Positions 9,600 through 22,067 of a stretch of DNA of 64,000 bases are shown piece by piece. The notes below the pieces were generated by a model that did not search any database, was not told where the DNA came from, and saw only the letters and a list, made by a program, of their open reading frames with translations. The DNA is from Candidatus Bipolaricaulota bacterium (lineage in GTDB: Bacteria > Patescibacteriota > Patescibacteriia > UBA11705 > DATKZF01). Positions within the stretch are counted from its first letter, which is position 1. Each line of letters starts with the position of its first letter. The translations under genes were made by a program, and so were the position numbers. The stretch spans positions 292,651 to 356,650 of the forward strand of contig DATKZF010000003.1 in NCBI GenBank assembly GCA_035528115.1, given 5' to 3'.

Positions 9600-10393
9600 A
9601 ATTTTTTCGATAAAAATTTTTCAACTAAAAGTCTTTCTTCTTCCGTATTAACGCCCAAGCATTCTTTCGGATCAACCTCCATATTTAAAATTTTATGACC
9701 GTCGGCCACGGCGATTTCAACCAAATCGGTCAGATAATATTCGCCTTGGGCGTTATTTTTATTCAATTTTTTCAAATTCTCGAAAAGCCACTTTCGGTCA
9801 AAGCAAAATTGCGAAGGATTTAATTCCTTAATCTTCAATTCCTCGGGGGTCGCGTCTTTTTTCTCTTTAATACCGATAATTTCGTCGGCTTCATTTCTTA
9901 AAATTCTGCCAAAGCCGAATAAACCGGCTCGCCAATCCGAAAAATCGTCGGCTTTAATGGTAATCATGGCCATCGGCTCGTCTTCGGTCTCGGCCAAATC
10001 GTTCAATCCGACAATGGTTTGCGCGGACAGACAAGGCATGTCTCCGTATAAAACGATTATTTTCTCAATGGCCGGATCGATAAACTTCTCGCAGACCGCC
10101 ACCGCGTGTCCGGTGCCGAGCCGCTCATGTTGCCAAACGAAATCTGCCCGATCTTTCAACCGTTCTATGACCAAATCGCCTTGAAAGCCTATGACCGCCA
10201 GCGGTTTTCCAATCTTGGACTCCGAGACTTTTTCCATCACCGAATCGATCATCGGCCGGCCGTTTATTTCAACCAATACTTTAGGCAATTCAATCGAGCC
10301 GAATCGTTTGCCTCGGCCGGCCGCCAAAATTATAATTTGAGTTTTATTGTCTTTCGTAAACATACGTTTTGCCCAACTTTTTATTTCCTTCAT
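9596..10393 (-). CDS. Sugar-phosphate nucleotidyltransferase (GlmU N-terminal domain-like)
   Basis: IILAAGRGKRF and LGTGHAV motifs; 4-bp overlap with the upstream gene. Confidence 0.7.
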   Translation of the reverse strand: MKEIKSWAKRMFTKDNKTQIIILAAGRGKRFGSIELPKVLVEINGRPMIDSVMEKVSESKIGKPLAVIGFQGDLVIERLKDRADFVWQHERLGTGHAVAVCEKFIDPAIEKIIVLYGDMPCLSAQTIVGLNDLAETEDEPMAMITIKADDFSDWRAGLFGFGRILRNEADEIIGIKEKKDATPEELKIKELNPSQFCFDRKWLFENLKKLNKNNAQGEYYLTDLVEIAVADGHKILNMEVDPKECLGVNTEEERLLVEKFLSKKL

Positions 10394-10904
10394 CCGTATA
10401 AATTATTTCCTTTGGCGTCCAGCCGTTGACTTGAAACCCGTATGAAATCACTGTCGCGCCGGCCGCCAACTCTTTTTCGAACTTCGGCCTTAATTTTTCC
10501 AAATATTTTTCCATCAAATAAACAAAAATCACATCGAATTCCTTTAAATTTATTTTTTCAAAATTTTTCAGTCGGATCAAAGTCTTTGACCTCAGACACA
10601 AATTTTTTATTTTGCCTATACAGTACGGCCAGAGATTCAGCTCATAACCGCGCAAATTTTTATACCCATTCTTTTCCAAAAATCTGAGCACCCTGCCGTC
10701 GCCGCAACCAAGGTCAACGATTTGAGCGTTAAAATCAAAACGCTGTTTTAAAAAAATCTTTTTAAGTCTTTTTTTCTTCAACGATACATAAGGAACTCCT
10801 CCGACAAACGGCAAAATAAACACATTCATTGAAAAAACTATCGCTATAATCAGCGAAAAAAATAAAAACGCGAATAATATTACCCAAAATAGCATTTCCG
10901 GCAT
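10344..10904 (-). CDS. Class I SAM-dependent methyltransferase with an N-terminal TM anchor
   Basis: Motif I VDLGCGDGR; N-terminal hydrophobic helix. Confidence 0.6.
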   Translation of the reverse strand: MPEMLFWVILFAFLFFSLIIAIVFSMNVFILPFVGGVPYVSLKKKRLKKIFLKQRFDFNAQIVDLGCGDGRVLRFLEKNGYKNLRGYELNLWPYCIGKIKNLCLRSKTLIRLKNFEKINLKEFDVIFVYLMEKYLEKLRPKFEKELAAGATVISYGFQVNGWTPKEIIYTDEGNKKLGKTYVYERQ

Positions 10905-10979
10905 ACATCTTCATTTTAACAAAAAAAACATGAAAGAACGAATAACGCATTTTAAATTTTTTAAAATATAAAAGAGGTA

Positions 10980-11098
<119 letters not shown>

Positions 11099-11160
11099 TA
11101 CCTCTTTAAAATTGTTGCTTTAAAATAAACTTTCTCATTTAAGTGGTTATGCATTTGACT

Positions 11161-14156
<2,996 letters not shown>

Positions 14157-14534
14157 GCATAACCACTAAAATGAGAAAATTTGTACTGTTATATTGATTC
14201 TCCATAGTATGTTGATATACTCGACGAATAAATTGAAAATTTATTTGTCATTTTTTAATTGTCAATGATCATGAGACAACTTAATCGGAAATAAAAAAGG
14301 CATTCGCAGCTCTGAAATCGTTATCTTGTTCGAGCAAACGACTACCTGTGGATAATTTAAATTGTCTGTGAAACATTATACATTAAATAAACGAACCATG
14401 TCAAGCAGCAAACCTTTTGCTTCAAAACATTGACATTTTCGCTAAATTACGGTATAATTATTCAGTTACAAGATTAAAGTTTCTAGTTGAAAGTATGGGG
14501 TGATTTTTAATCCTACTGAACTTTAATCTAACAA

Positions 14535-14620
14535 GCTGGGGTGGTGAAATTGGTATACACGCTTGCCTTAGGAGCAGGTGGGCATTGCCCGTGGAGGTTC
14601 GAGTCCTCTCCCCAGCACCA
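14535..14620 (+). tRNA. tRNA-Leu (TAG), class II
   Basis: Anticodon loop cttagga; long variable arm; CCA encoded. Confidence 0.85.
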
Positions 14621-14734
14621 TTCGACTCGGCTTTGCTGCGGCAAAGCCTCGCTCATGGTGTTCCACCACCTGCACAAGCGGGGCGAGGCGAATGCCCTGA
14701 GTGAGGAGCGGTAGTGACGAATCGAAGGGCATTC
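14621..14734 (+). repeat. Conserved tRNA 3'-trailer element (class 1)
   Basis: TTCGACTCG...CTCGCTCATGGTGTTCCACCACCTG...GAGGCGAATGCCCTGAG. Near-identical copies follow tRNA-Phe, tRNA-Gly(CCC) and tRNA-Ala. Confidence 0.7.
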
Positions 14735-15119
14735 TTAAAACCGGCATCTTGGCCGATTTTTTTATTTTTAAAAATTTTAATGAATTTTAAAAGCGGCCTG
14801 CGTTGCAGTCCGCTTGGTGGTTGACTTGAGAAGACGAGGTTCAGCTCACGAGGAAGCCCGAGGCAGAACCCCACTGCCGTCTGGCAAGCGCGCCCAGTAC
14901 GTCGTCTCCGACAACTTTCGTCGTCATGACAACTCTCCTTGCGCTCGCGCTGAAAAACCGGTCAGCGCTTCCGGCCCCGCCTCGACTTGAGAACAGGGAG
15001 ATTCGGAAAAAATTTGTCCGAATGTCTTTATTCTCAATTCAAGATAGTATGTTATACAACAACAGAAATGTCAATGATAAAATCTCTTATTATAACCGAA
15101 GTCAAAGGCATATTTTACA

Positions 15120-15148
15120 TTGACAGTACCTCCCTCATAAGTTAAAAT
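15120..15148 (+). promoter_or_regulatory. Sigma70-type promoter (TTGACA-17-TAAAAT) for the island-2 gene
   Basis: Exact -35 hexamer, 17-bp spacer, near-consensus -10, 33 bp upstream of the ATG. Confidence 0.6.
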
Positions 15149-15181
15149 TTATTCGAACTCAACACCCGGGAGGGCCACAAG

Positions 15182-15808
15182 ATGAGCGGGAACACAACGC
15201 CCGAAACTGGCGCGGATCAATCAACCCGCGATGAGGAGACGTGGCACAGCCGCGTCTTTCATCAGTGGGTCGGCCAGGCAAACGGCCGGCTGGTTGGATA
15301 TCCGGCCGCGTTCATCAGCGAAGTGATCGGAGACAATCCCTGTTTCTCAGATGCCGCGGCCACCGGATCAAGCGTGGCCAATGCCTGCATGGCCGCCATG
15401 TCAGTCGATTACTCGGACGAGCTCGGGCGCGGCGGAGCGCTCTGGCTGAGGCGACAGCCGGCAAGGATTTGGAAGCAGCTTCTAGGATTTTCAGAACATC
15501 ACCGCCAAGGAGTCGACGAAACATTCCTGGCCATGGTGATGTGGCTGTTTGACCCGGAAAGCGACCGAGCTCATGACAACGCCTTCGAATGGCTATGGGA
15601 TATACATCCTTACTTTTCCTGCGGTATGCACATGACCGGCAGACTCAGCTCCGACTTCGACAACCAGATTGAGGAGACAGCTCAATCCTGGCCGGCAGAT
15701 ACCAGGCGATGGACGCGCTGGGCGACCGAGAAATACCCGCTCGCGTTCCAAAATCTCGGAGGTTTTATCAAGCGCGGCGACTTAATAAGCGCGCCGATCC
15801 AAGAGTAG
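15182..15808 (+). CDS. Hypothetical protein (208 aa), GC-rich island 2
   Basis: RBS GGGAGGG 7 nt upstream; about 62% GC; no recognizable domain. Confidence 0.6.
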   Translation: MSGNTTPETGADQSTRDEETWHSRVFHQWVGQANGRLVGYPAAFISEVIGDNPCFSDAAATGSSVANACMAAMSVDYSDELGRGGALWLRRQPARIWKQLLGFSEHHRQGVDETFLAMVMWLFDPESDRAHDNAFEWLWDIHPYFSCGMHMTGRLSSDFDNQIEETAQSWPADTRRWTRWATEKYPLAFQNLGGFIKRGDLISAPIQE

Positions 15809-15833
15809 CCACGGCTGCTCTTTTTCAAATTTA

Positions 15834-15858
15834 AGAGAGCCAATGTGATGGCTCTCTA
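15834..15858. terminator. Bidirectional hairpin between convergent genes
   Basis: agagagcca-atgtga-tggctctct, a 9-bp stem. Confidence 0.4.
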
Positions 15859-16185
15859 GTTGAACGCGACTTCGTGATACGGAGCAAAAGACTCCGCGTC
15901 AAAGATCGACGCGACCATGCGGCCGTTCAATTCCGGGTCCCAGGCCGGTTTGATCGAAATCAACACTTTTTTGCCGACCACTTCGCCGAAAAGACAGCCC
16001 GAAAACACCATGACTTGTTCCTTGCCGTCAATTTCAACAACAATGACCGCTCGGTGTCTGGCATGTCTGCCATATTTGTCGGCCGTTACTTTCAGCAACC
16101 GGAACCTTTTGAACACGCCAAGCACTTGAAGCATCGTCTTCCCTCCCGGTTTAGGTTCCCATTCGACATACATTATAATTATCAA
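15856..16185 (-). CDS. Hypothetical protein (~105 aa)
   Basis: About 50% GC. TTGACA-N15-TATAAT lies immediately before the internal Met MYVEW, so it is possibly leaderless. Confidence 0.4.
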   Translation of the reverse strand: MIIIMYVEWEPKPGGKTMLQVLGVFKRFRLLKVTADKYGRHARHRAVIVVEIDGKEQVMVFSGCLFGEVVGKKVLISIKPAWDPELNGRMVASIFDAESFAPYHEVAFN

Positions 16186-16227
16186 GCAATCCTGTCAATT
16201 GCGATTTTTGTCTTTGAGTGGTAAAAT

Positions 16228-16320
16228 TTGGGTACAAGATTACAGATAAACACACGAGATTATACAGATTGGAGTTATATCTCGTACAATCTGTACACTA
16301 ATCTGTAATCTCGTAACCTA
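16228..16320 (+). repeat. Palindrome-rich ~70-nt intergenic element (copy 1)
   Basis: cgagattatacagattgg...aatctgtaatctcgtaa. Near-identical copy at 57085..57152. Confidence 0.7.
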
Positions 16321-16325
16321 AAAAT

Positions 16326-17372
16326 ATGCAAACGATTTACATAATCACCACCGTAATTTTCGCGATTCTTTTCATCGCTGCGCTTTTTTATTTTTCAAAA
16401 AAACTAAGCGCGCTCAAGCCCGAAGAAAAAGACGACAAAAGCATGCAGCTTTTGCAAGAGCAATTGAAAGAAATCCGGCAGACCATGGATTACAAGCTGG
16501 GTGAATCTCAAAAACAAATTCAAACGCAATTCGGCCAGAGCGCCAAAATAATTCGGGACGTCACGGAAAAATTGACCAAACTCGACGACACCAATAAACA
16601 AGTGATGGGCTTTGCCGAGCAGCTGCAAAGTCTGGAAAATATTTTAAAAAACCCGAAGCAAAGAGGAATTTTGGGAGAATATTATTTGGAAACTCTTTTG
16701 AAAAACGTTTTCGCGCCCAATCAATATCAATTGCAATACAAATTCACTGACGGAGAAATAGTGGATGCCGTGATTTTCATCAAAGACTATATCATTCCCA
16801 TTGATTCGAAATTTTCACTCGAAAATTACAATAAAATCGTGGAGGAAAAAGATCCGACTCGGCACGAGCAGCTGGAAAAACTTTTCAAACAGGATTTAAA
16901 AAACCGAATCGATGAAACATCCAAATACATCAGGCCTCAAGAAACAACGACTGACTTCGCTTTCATGTTTATCCCGTCCGAAGGAATTTACTACGACCTT
17001 TTGGTCAACCAAGTCGGCGCGGTCAAAGTCAACACGCGCGATCTGATCGAATACGCGTTCAAGGAAAAACATGTGATCATTGTTTCGCCGACTTCATTTT
17101 ACGCGTATTTGCAAACAGTGATTCAGGGCTTGAAAAAAATGCAAATAGAGGAGCAGACCAAGGAAATAATCAAACGCGTGGAAGAACTCAACAAACATAT
17201 CGCGGCTTATGACATGCACATGAAAAAATTGGGCAATAACATCGGCACGACCGTGAACACTTACAATACCGCTTATAAAGAATTCAAAAAAATAGACAAA
17301 GACGTAGTGCGGATTACCGGCAGCGAGCCGGCGATTGATCCGATGGAGATTGATAGGCCGCAGGCAGACTAA
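16326..17372 (+). CDS. rmuC: DNA recombination protein RmuC
   Basis: N-terminal TM, long coiled coil, C-terminal RmuC-like domain. Confidence 0.7.
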   Translation: MQTIYIITTVIFAILFIAALFYFSKKLSALKPEEKDDKSMQLLQEQLKEIRQTMDYKLGESQKQIQTQFGQSAKIIRDVTEKLTKLDDTNKQVMGFAEQLQSLENILKNPKQRGILGEYYLETLLKNVFAPNQYQLQYKFTDGEIVDAVIFIKDYIIPIDSKFSLENYNKIVEEKDPTRHEQLEKLFKQDLKNRIDETSKYIRPQETTTDFAFMFIPSEGIYYDLLVNQVGAVKVNTRDLIEYAFKEKHVIIVSPTSFYAYLQTVIQGLKKMQIEEQTKEIIKRVEELNKHIAAYDMHMKKLGNNIGTTVNTYNTAYKEFKKIDKDVVRITGSEPAIDPMEIDRPQAD

Positions 17373-17590
17373 TAAATCCAGCGGCATCGGTATTGAGGCT
17401 TGAACATTGAAATTCGTTATATCGAAATTCGAAATTGGCTATGGAAATTCGAGGTTCGAGATTCGTTTTAACCGATTTCCGACGTTCTATTTTCTATTAC
17501 TCTTCAGCTTCGCTCAGGACGGACGATTTTTCCTTCTAATTTGTAACCATTTGTAATATTTGTATTGATTTGTAAATTTGTAACCCCAAC

Positions 17591-17619
17591 TTGACAAGGC
17601 CTCAATTCCCCGCTATTAT
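17591..17619 (+). promoter_or_regulatory. Sigma70 promoter TTGACA-17-TATTAT for rpsT
   Basis: Exact -35 hexamer and 17-bp spacer. Confidence 0.65.
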
Positions 17620-17666
17620 ATCAAAAGTCATTATCTTTAATATTCAACCTTAATCTTACAACTGAT

Positions 17667-17945
17667 ATGCCAAATACCAATCAAGGTAAAAAAGAACTGA
17701 GAAAAAGCATCAAGCGATCCAAATTAAATCGCGTCGCTGTGGCAAAAGTTAAAACTTTGAGAAAGAAAACTCTCAAATCAATCGAATCAAAATCGGCCGA
17801 TGCGGAAAAAATGATCAAAGAGACCATTAAAAATATAGACAAGCAAACTCAAAAAGGCAGAATCAAAAAAAACACCGGCTCGAGAATGAAATCAAGGTTG
17901 ATAAAAAACTATAACAAGACCAAAGCCGCGACAGATTCAAAATAA
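17667..17945 (+). CDS. rpsT: 30S ribosomal protein S20
   Basis: KKR...RNK...QKGRIKKNTGSRMKSRL pattern typical of S20. Confidence 0.8.
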   Translation: MPNTNQGKKELRKSIKRSKLNRVAVAKVKTLRKKTLKSIESKSADAEKMIKETIKNIDKQTQKGRIKKNTGSRMKSRLIKNYNKTKAATDSK

Positions 17946-17962
17946 ATTCAATCCAATATAAA

Positions 17963-17992
17963 AAGACCGGCATAAAAGCCGGTTTTTTGTTT
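17963..17992 (+). terminator. Intrinsic terminator of rpsT
   Basis: accggc-ataaaa-gccggt followed by TTTTTTG. Confidence 0.75.
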
Positions 17993-18000
17993 TGATCGCG

Positions 18001-18078
18001 CGGGATGGGCGCATGCCCATCGTAGAGACGCGCCATGGCGCGTCTCTACGCGGCGGCGACCCGCCGCCGACCCGCGCG
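18001..18078. repeat. GC-rich nested palindromic element (copy 1 of 3)
   Basis: gatgggcgcatgcccatc, gtagagacgcgccatggcgcgtctctac, gcggcggcgacccgccgccg. The same core GTAGAGACGCGCC..GGCGCGTCTCTAC occurs at 50172 and 53987. Confidence 0.8.
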
Positions 18079-18081
18079 GTT

Positions 18082-19053
18082 TTACAACCCCATCACAAAC
18101 AAATCCAACAAAAGTTGCGGCGACCAGGAAGTGGATTTGAATTTTTTTTCAATCGATAAAAGCCGGCTGTAAATTTTTTTCAATTCTTCAAAAGTGAATC
18201 TGTCCGCCTGCTGCCAAGTCTTTTTGGCCACGAACGGGTGCAGTTTCAATTCCCTGGCCGCGAATTCCGGCGAACTTGTTCGGCCGCTGTTTTTAACGTC
18301 TTTGATCATCAAAATATTTCTGAATTGCCTGACAATCATGGTCAACAAATAAAATTGATTGGCGCCGCTGCCAAGTTGATCGGCCAAGAGCTTGCCGCTT
18401 AAAGCTTTATTTTTTACTGAAAGCGCGTCCACGAAATCGAAAATATTGTCGTTGAATTTTCCCTTGACCAAATCCTCGACATCTTTGACTGAAATTTCCC
18501 GATTCCGGCAATAGCTCGCCAACTTCTGAATTTCAGCGTCCAGCTGCCACAAATCATTGCCGACCAAAATTGCCAGCCGCTCAGCCGCCGAATTGGCAAT
18601 GGTCCCGCCGACCGAAGCGACTTGTTTTTTTATCCAATCATTTAGCAAAAAACCTTTGGGGCTGGCAAACGATTTTACTTCCGCCAAAGGCGCCTTAGCG
18701 AGCGCTTTGTAAATCTTGCTTCTTTTATCGATTTCGCCTTTTTGGGAAAAAATCACGAAAAATTTTTCCGGCAATTTTTCAACGCTCCCCAAAATCAATT
18801 CTTCTATTTTTTTATCTTGTTTTTTCGCGAAAAAATTTTTCAAAATAATCAATTTATTTTGGCCGAAAAGCGAATCGACCTGCAAAGCGTTCTTTAATGT
18901 TTGTTCGACATTCCCCTTTTCTTCAAAATCTATTTTTAGAATATTAAAATATCCGTATTTGTCTTCAAACAAGGTTGTCCATTTTTGAATTTGTTTTGAA
19001 ATCGCCCAGCCGTTTTCGCCTGACCAGACGTAGATTTGTTTTTTATCAACCAT
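18082..19053 (-). CDS. holA: DNA polymerase III delta subunit
   Basis: HolA-like sequence. The true start is probably MVDKKQIYVW; the upstream extension MQQQEIPAFAGMT is a translated hairpin repeat. Confidence 0.7.
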   Translation of the reverse strand: MVDKKQIYVWSGENGWAISKQIQKWTTLFEDKYGYFNILKIDFEEKGNVEQTLKNALQVDSLFGQNKLIILKNFFAKKQDKKIEELILGSVEKLPEKFFVIFSQKGEIDKRSKIYKALAKAPLAEVKSFASPKGFLLNDWIKKQVASVGGTIANSAAERLAILVGNDLWQLDAEIQKLASYCRNREISVKDVEDLVKGKFNDNIFDFVDALSVKNKALSGKLLADQLGSGANQFYLLTMIVRQFRNILMIKDVKNSGRTSSPEFAARELKLHPFVAKKTWQQADRFTFEELKKIYSRLLSIEKKFKSTSWSPQLLLDLFVMGL

Positions 19054-19075
19054 AATTAGACAATAACCTTTTGTG

Positions 19076-19146
19076 GATTCCCGCTTTCGCGGGAATGACT
19101 GCCGGGAGCGGAACAATGCCCTTTTTGTCATTCCCGCGAAAGCGGG
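19076..19146. repeat. Inverted pair of hairpins attcccgctttcgcgggaat / attcccgcgaaagcgggaat
   Basis: Two perfect 20-nt hairpins in opposite orientation. They generate the FAGMT-type spurious N-terminus. Confidence 0.7.
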
Positions 19147-19173
19147 AATCTCTTGCTGTTGCATTGCTGCTCC

Positions 19174-21900
19174 CTAATACAACTTCTCCAAATCCCTCCA
19201 ATTATCCCCGTAATCGGTTTCGACCGTGATCGGCACGCAGGTTTTGTGGATCTTCTCCATTTTTTCATCGATTATTTTCGCCACTTTTTCCAATTCTTTT
19301 TCCGGCACTTCGAAAACAAGCTCATCGTGAACTTGAAGCAGCATTTTTGTCTCGGGACTGATTTTTTTCAATTCTTTATAAACTTCAATCATGGCGATCT
19401 TTATCAAGTCAGCGGCCGTGCCCTGAATGGGCGTATTGATCGCTTCGCGCTCAGCCGCGGCCTTGATTTGCTGCACGCCCGAATGAATATCCGGGAAATA
19501 TCTTTTTCTGCCGAACATGGTTTCCGTGTAGCCGTTTTCGCGGGCGAATTCTTTGATGCTTTCCATGTATTCTTGAACACGGCTAAATGACCGGTAATAT
19601 TTATCGATAAATTCTTTGGCTCTTTGAATGGAAATGCCGGTTCTGGCCGCCAAACCGTACGCGCCCATGCCGTATAAAATGCCGAAATTAATCATCTTGG
19701 CTTCGCGGCGCATATCTTTGGTGACGTCTTCGAGCTTGACGCCGTGAATTTTGGCCGCGGTTGCCGTATGAATATCATGTCCGGCTTTGAAAATTTCTAT
19801 CATGTTCTCGTCTTTGGCGAGACAAGCGACCACTCGAAGCTCTACCTGGGAATAGTCCGAAGAAACCAGTTTGCTTCCGGGCGCGGCAATAAAAGCTTTT
19901 CTGATTTTCATGCCGAGCGTCGTTCTTTTCGGAATATTTTGCAAATTCGGATCGGAAGAAGACAGCCGTCCCGTGGCCGTGATCGTTTGATTGAAGCTGG
20001 TGTGCACGCGACCGTCCGGCTTGACCAGTCGCGGCAAGGCGTCGATATAAGTGGATTTTAATTTCGTCAATTCGCGATATTCGACTATCAATTCAATGAT
20101 GGCATGCTTGCCCAAAAGTTTTTCCAGCTCCCCGGCTGCGGTCGAAATGCCGGTCTTGGTTTTTTTCAGTCCTTCGGTCGGCAATTTCAATTTTTCGAAA
20201 AAAATCACTTTCAATTGCAACGGCGAATTGATGTTGAATTTTTCACCGGCTTGCTTGTAAATTTTTTTCTCGAGCTCGCCCAGTTTTTCTTCGAATTCTT
20301 CAGACAATTTTTTCAAATATTTCAAATCGAGTAAGACGCCGTTTTTCTCCATTTCCGCCAAAACGTAAATCAAAGGCATTTCCATTTTTTCGAGCAAATC
20401 AAACAGTCCGTTTTCTTTTAATCTCTTCTCCAAAATTTTGTAAATTCGATAAGAAATATCCGCGTCTTCGCAAGAATATTCCGAGACTTTTTCTTTGGCC
20501 ACTTCAAATAAAGATTTTTGTTCTTTGCCTTTGCCGATCAGCTCTTCAATGGCAATCATTTGATGCCCCAGCTCGCGAAACGCCAAATCATTCAAATTGT
20601 GGCCGCGAGATCCGGGATTTAAAAGATACGACGCGATCATGGTGTCGAAATACAACCCTTTGACTTCAAGACCCGCCGCTTCAATCACTTCAAAATCGAA
20701 TTTCAGGTTATGGCCGACTTTTTTTATCTCCTGATTTTTGAAAATGGATTTTAATTTTTCAAACCGCTCTTTGTCGTAAATCACGTAATAAGCTTTGCCC
20801 TCATGCCAAGAAAAGCTGACTCCCAAAAGTTTATTAAAAAAGGGATCCAAGCCATCGGTTTCGGTGTCAAACGCGAAAATATTTTGTTTTTTCAGATCCG
20901 CTAAAAACGACTCGAACTTTTCAGCCGTATCCACCAATCGGTAATCGAGATTTTCTTTGGTTTTGGCAATGACCTTTTCTTCCGTTTGGCCGGCAATCTC
21001 TATTTTTTCCAAACGGTTCATCAATGTTTTAAATTGCAATTTTTGAAACAGTTTGCTCACTTTTTCCAAATCAAAAGGTTTGACCTTGGAATCGGACAAT
21101 TTGAATTTAATCGGCGTGTCTTTGACCAAGGTAACCAATCTTTTACTCTCGAACGCCGCCTTTTTATTTTCTTTCAATAAATTAATCACCCGCGGCTTCA
21201 AGTTTTTCGACTTGGCCGTGTCTTTTTCCAATTCATCATATAAATTTTCCAGAGTGTCGAATTTATTCAGTAAATCAATAGCCGTTTTCTCGCCGATGCC
21301 CGGCACGCCCGGAATATTGTCCGAGGGGTCGCCGCGCAAAGCTTTGTAATCGATCATCTGTTCCGGACCCAAGCCGTTAAATTTTTCCCTGACTTCTTTT
21401 TCATTGTAAGTGATTGTCTCTGAAATTCCCTTATGCAAAGCGTAAACTTTGGTGTTATGGTCAACCAATTGCAAAGCATCCATGTCGCCGGTGACGATTA
21501 TCGACTCGACATCCGGGTTGTCAATGATTTTTCTATTGACCAAAGTGGCGATGATGTCATCGGCTTCATAACCCTTGAGATCGTAATAAGGAATTTTAAA
21601 AACATCCAAAATGTTTTTTACATCATCCAGCTGAGCGTACAATTCATCGGGCTGTTTCACTCTCTGCGCTTTATATTCTTTATACTCAATTTTTCGAAAA
21701 GTCGGTTCGCGCCGGTCAAAGGCCACGGCCAAATAATCCGGTTTCAAATCCGGATAAAGTCTCAGCAAAATCGAAGTAAAGCCGTAAGCGGCATTGATCA
21801 ATTTACCGTCTTCGGTGGTGAGCGGCGGCAAGGCGTGCCAAGCTCGATGCAAGATGGCATTGCCGTCGATAATGACGAATTTTTTCTTTTTTAAAGCCAT
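19174..21900 (-). CDS. polA: DNA polymerase I
   Basis: 5'-3' exonuclease N-terminus and a polymerase domain with DYSQVELRV...HD motifs. Confidence 0.92.
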   Translation of the reverse strand: MALKKKKFVIIDGNAILHRAWHALPPLTTEDGKLINAAYGFTSILLRLYPDLKPDYLAVAFDRREPTFRKIEYKEYKAQRVKQPDELYAQLDDVKNILDVFKIPYYDLKGYEADDIIATLVNRKIIDNPDVESIIVTGDMDALQLVDHNTKVYALHKGISETITYNEKEVREKFNGLGPEQMIDYKALRGDPSDNIPGVPGIGEKTAIDLLNKFDTLENLYDELEKDTAKSKNLKPRVINLLKENKKAAFESKRLVTLVKDTPIKFKLSDSKVKPFDLEKVSKLFQKLQFKTLMNRLEKIEIAGQTEEKVIAKTKENLDYRLVDTAEKFESFLADLKKQNIFAFDTETDGLDPFFNKLLGVSFSWHEGKAYYVIYDKERFEKLKSIFKNQEIKKVGHNLKFDFEVIEAAGLEVKGLYFDTMIASYLLNPGSRGHNLNDLAFRELGHQMIAIEELIGKGKEQKSLFEVAKEKVSEYSCEDADISYRIYKILEKRLKENGLFDLLEKMEMPLIYVLAEMEKNGVLLDLKYLKKLSEEFEEKLGELEKKIYKQAGEKFNINSPLQLKVIFFEKLKLPTEGLKKTKTGISTAAGELEKLLGKHAIIELIVEYRELTKLKSTYIDALPRLVKPDGRVHTSFNQTITATGRLSSSDPNLQNIPKRTTLGMKIRKAFIAAPGSKLVSSDYSQVELRVVACLAKDENMIEIFKAGHDIHTATAAKIHGVKLEDVTKDMRREAKMINFGILYGMGAYGLAARTGISIQRAKEFIDKYYRSFSRVQEYMESIKEFARENGYTETMFGRKRYFPDIHSGVQQIKAAAEREAINTPIQGTAADLIKIAMIEVYKELKKISPETKMLLQVHDELVFEVPEKELEKVAKIIDEKMEKIHKTCVPITVETDYGDNWRDLEKLY

Positions 21901-21912
21901 ATGGTCATTTGA

Positions 21913-21941
21913 ATTATAGCGTTTTATGATGAAATTTTCAA
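21913..21941 (-). promoter_or_regulatory. Sigma70 promoter TTGAAA-17-TATAAT for polA, near-leaderless
   Basis: -10 ends about 12 nt before the ATG; no RBS. Confidence 0.5.
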
Positions 21942-22010
21942 TGTTAGAGGGCTAATGTTAGGAATTACATCCACCTTTGGCCTTATGCTTGAGAAGATTG
22001 TATTTCGTAA

Positions 22011-22052
22011 CACTGTATTGAAAAAGCCCAATGGTCATGACCAAAGGGCTTT
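22011..22052 (-). terminator. Intrinsic terminator of the island-3 gene
   Basis: aaagccc...gggcttt hairpin followed by a T-run on the minus strand. Confidence 0.65.
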
Positions 22053-22067
22053 CGGGGGCGGGCCAAC

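Noticed and set aside
14653-14874. 73-aa minus ORF
   Set aside because: Overlaps the tRNA-Leu trailer element; no RBS.
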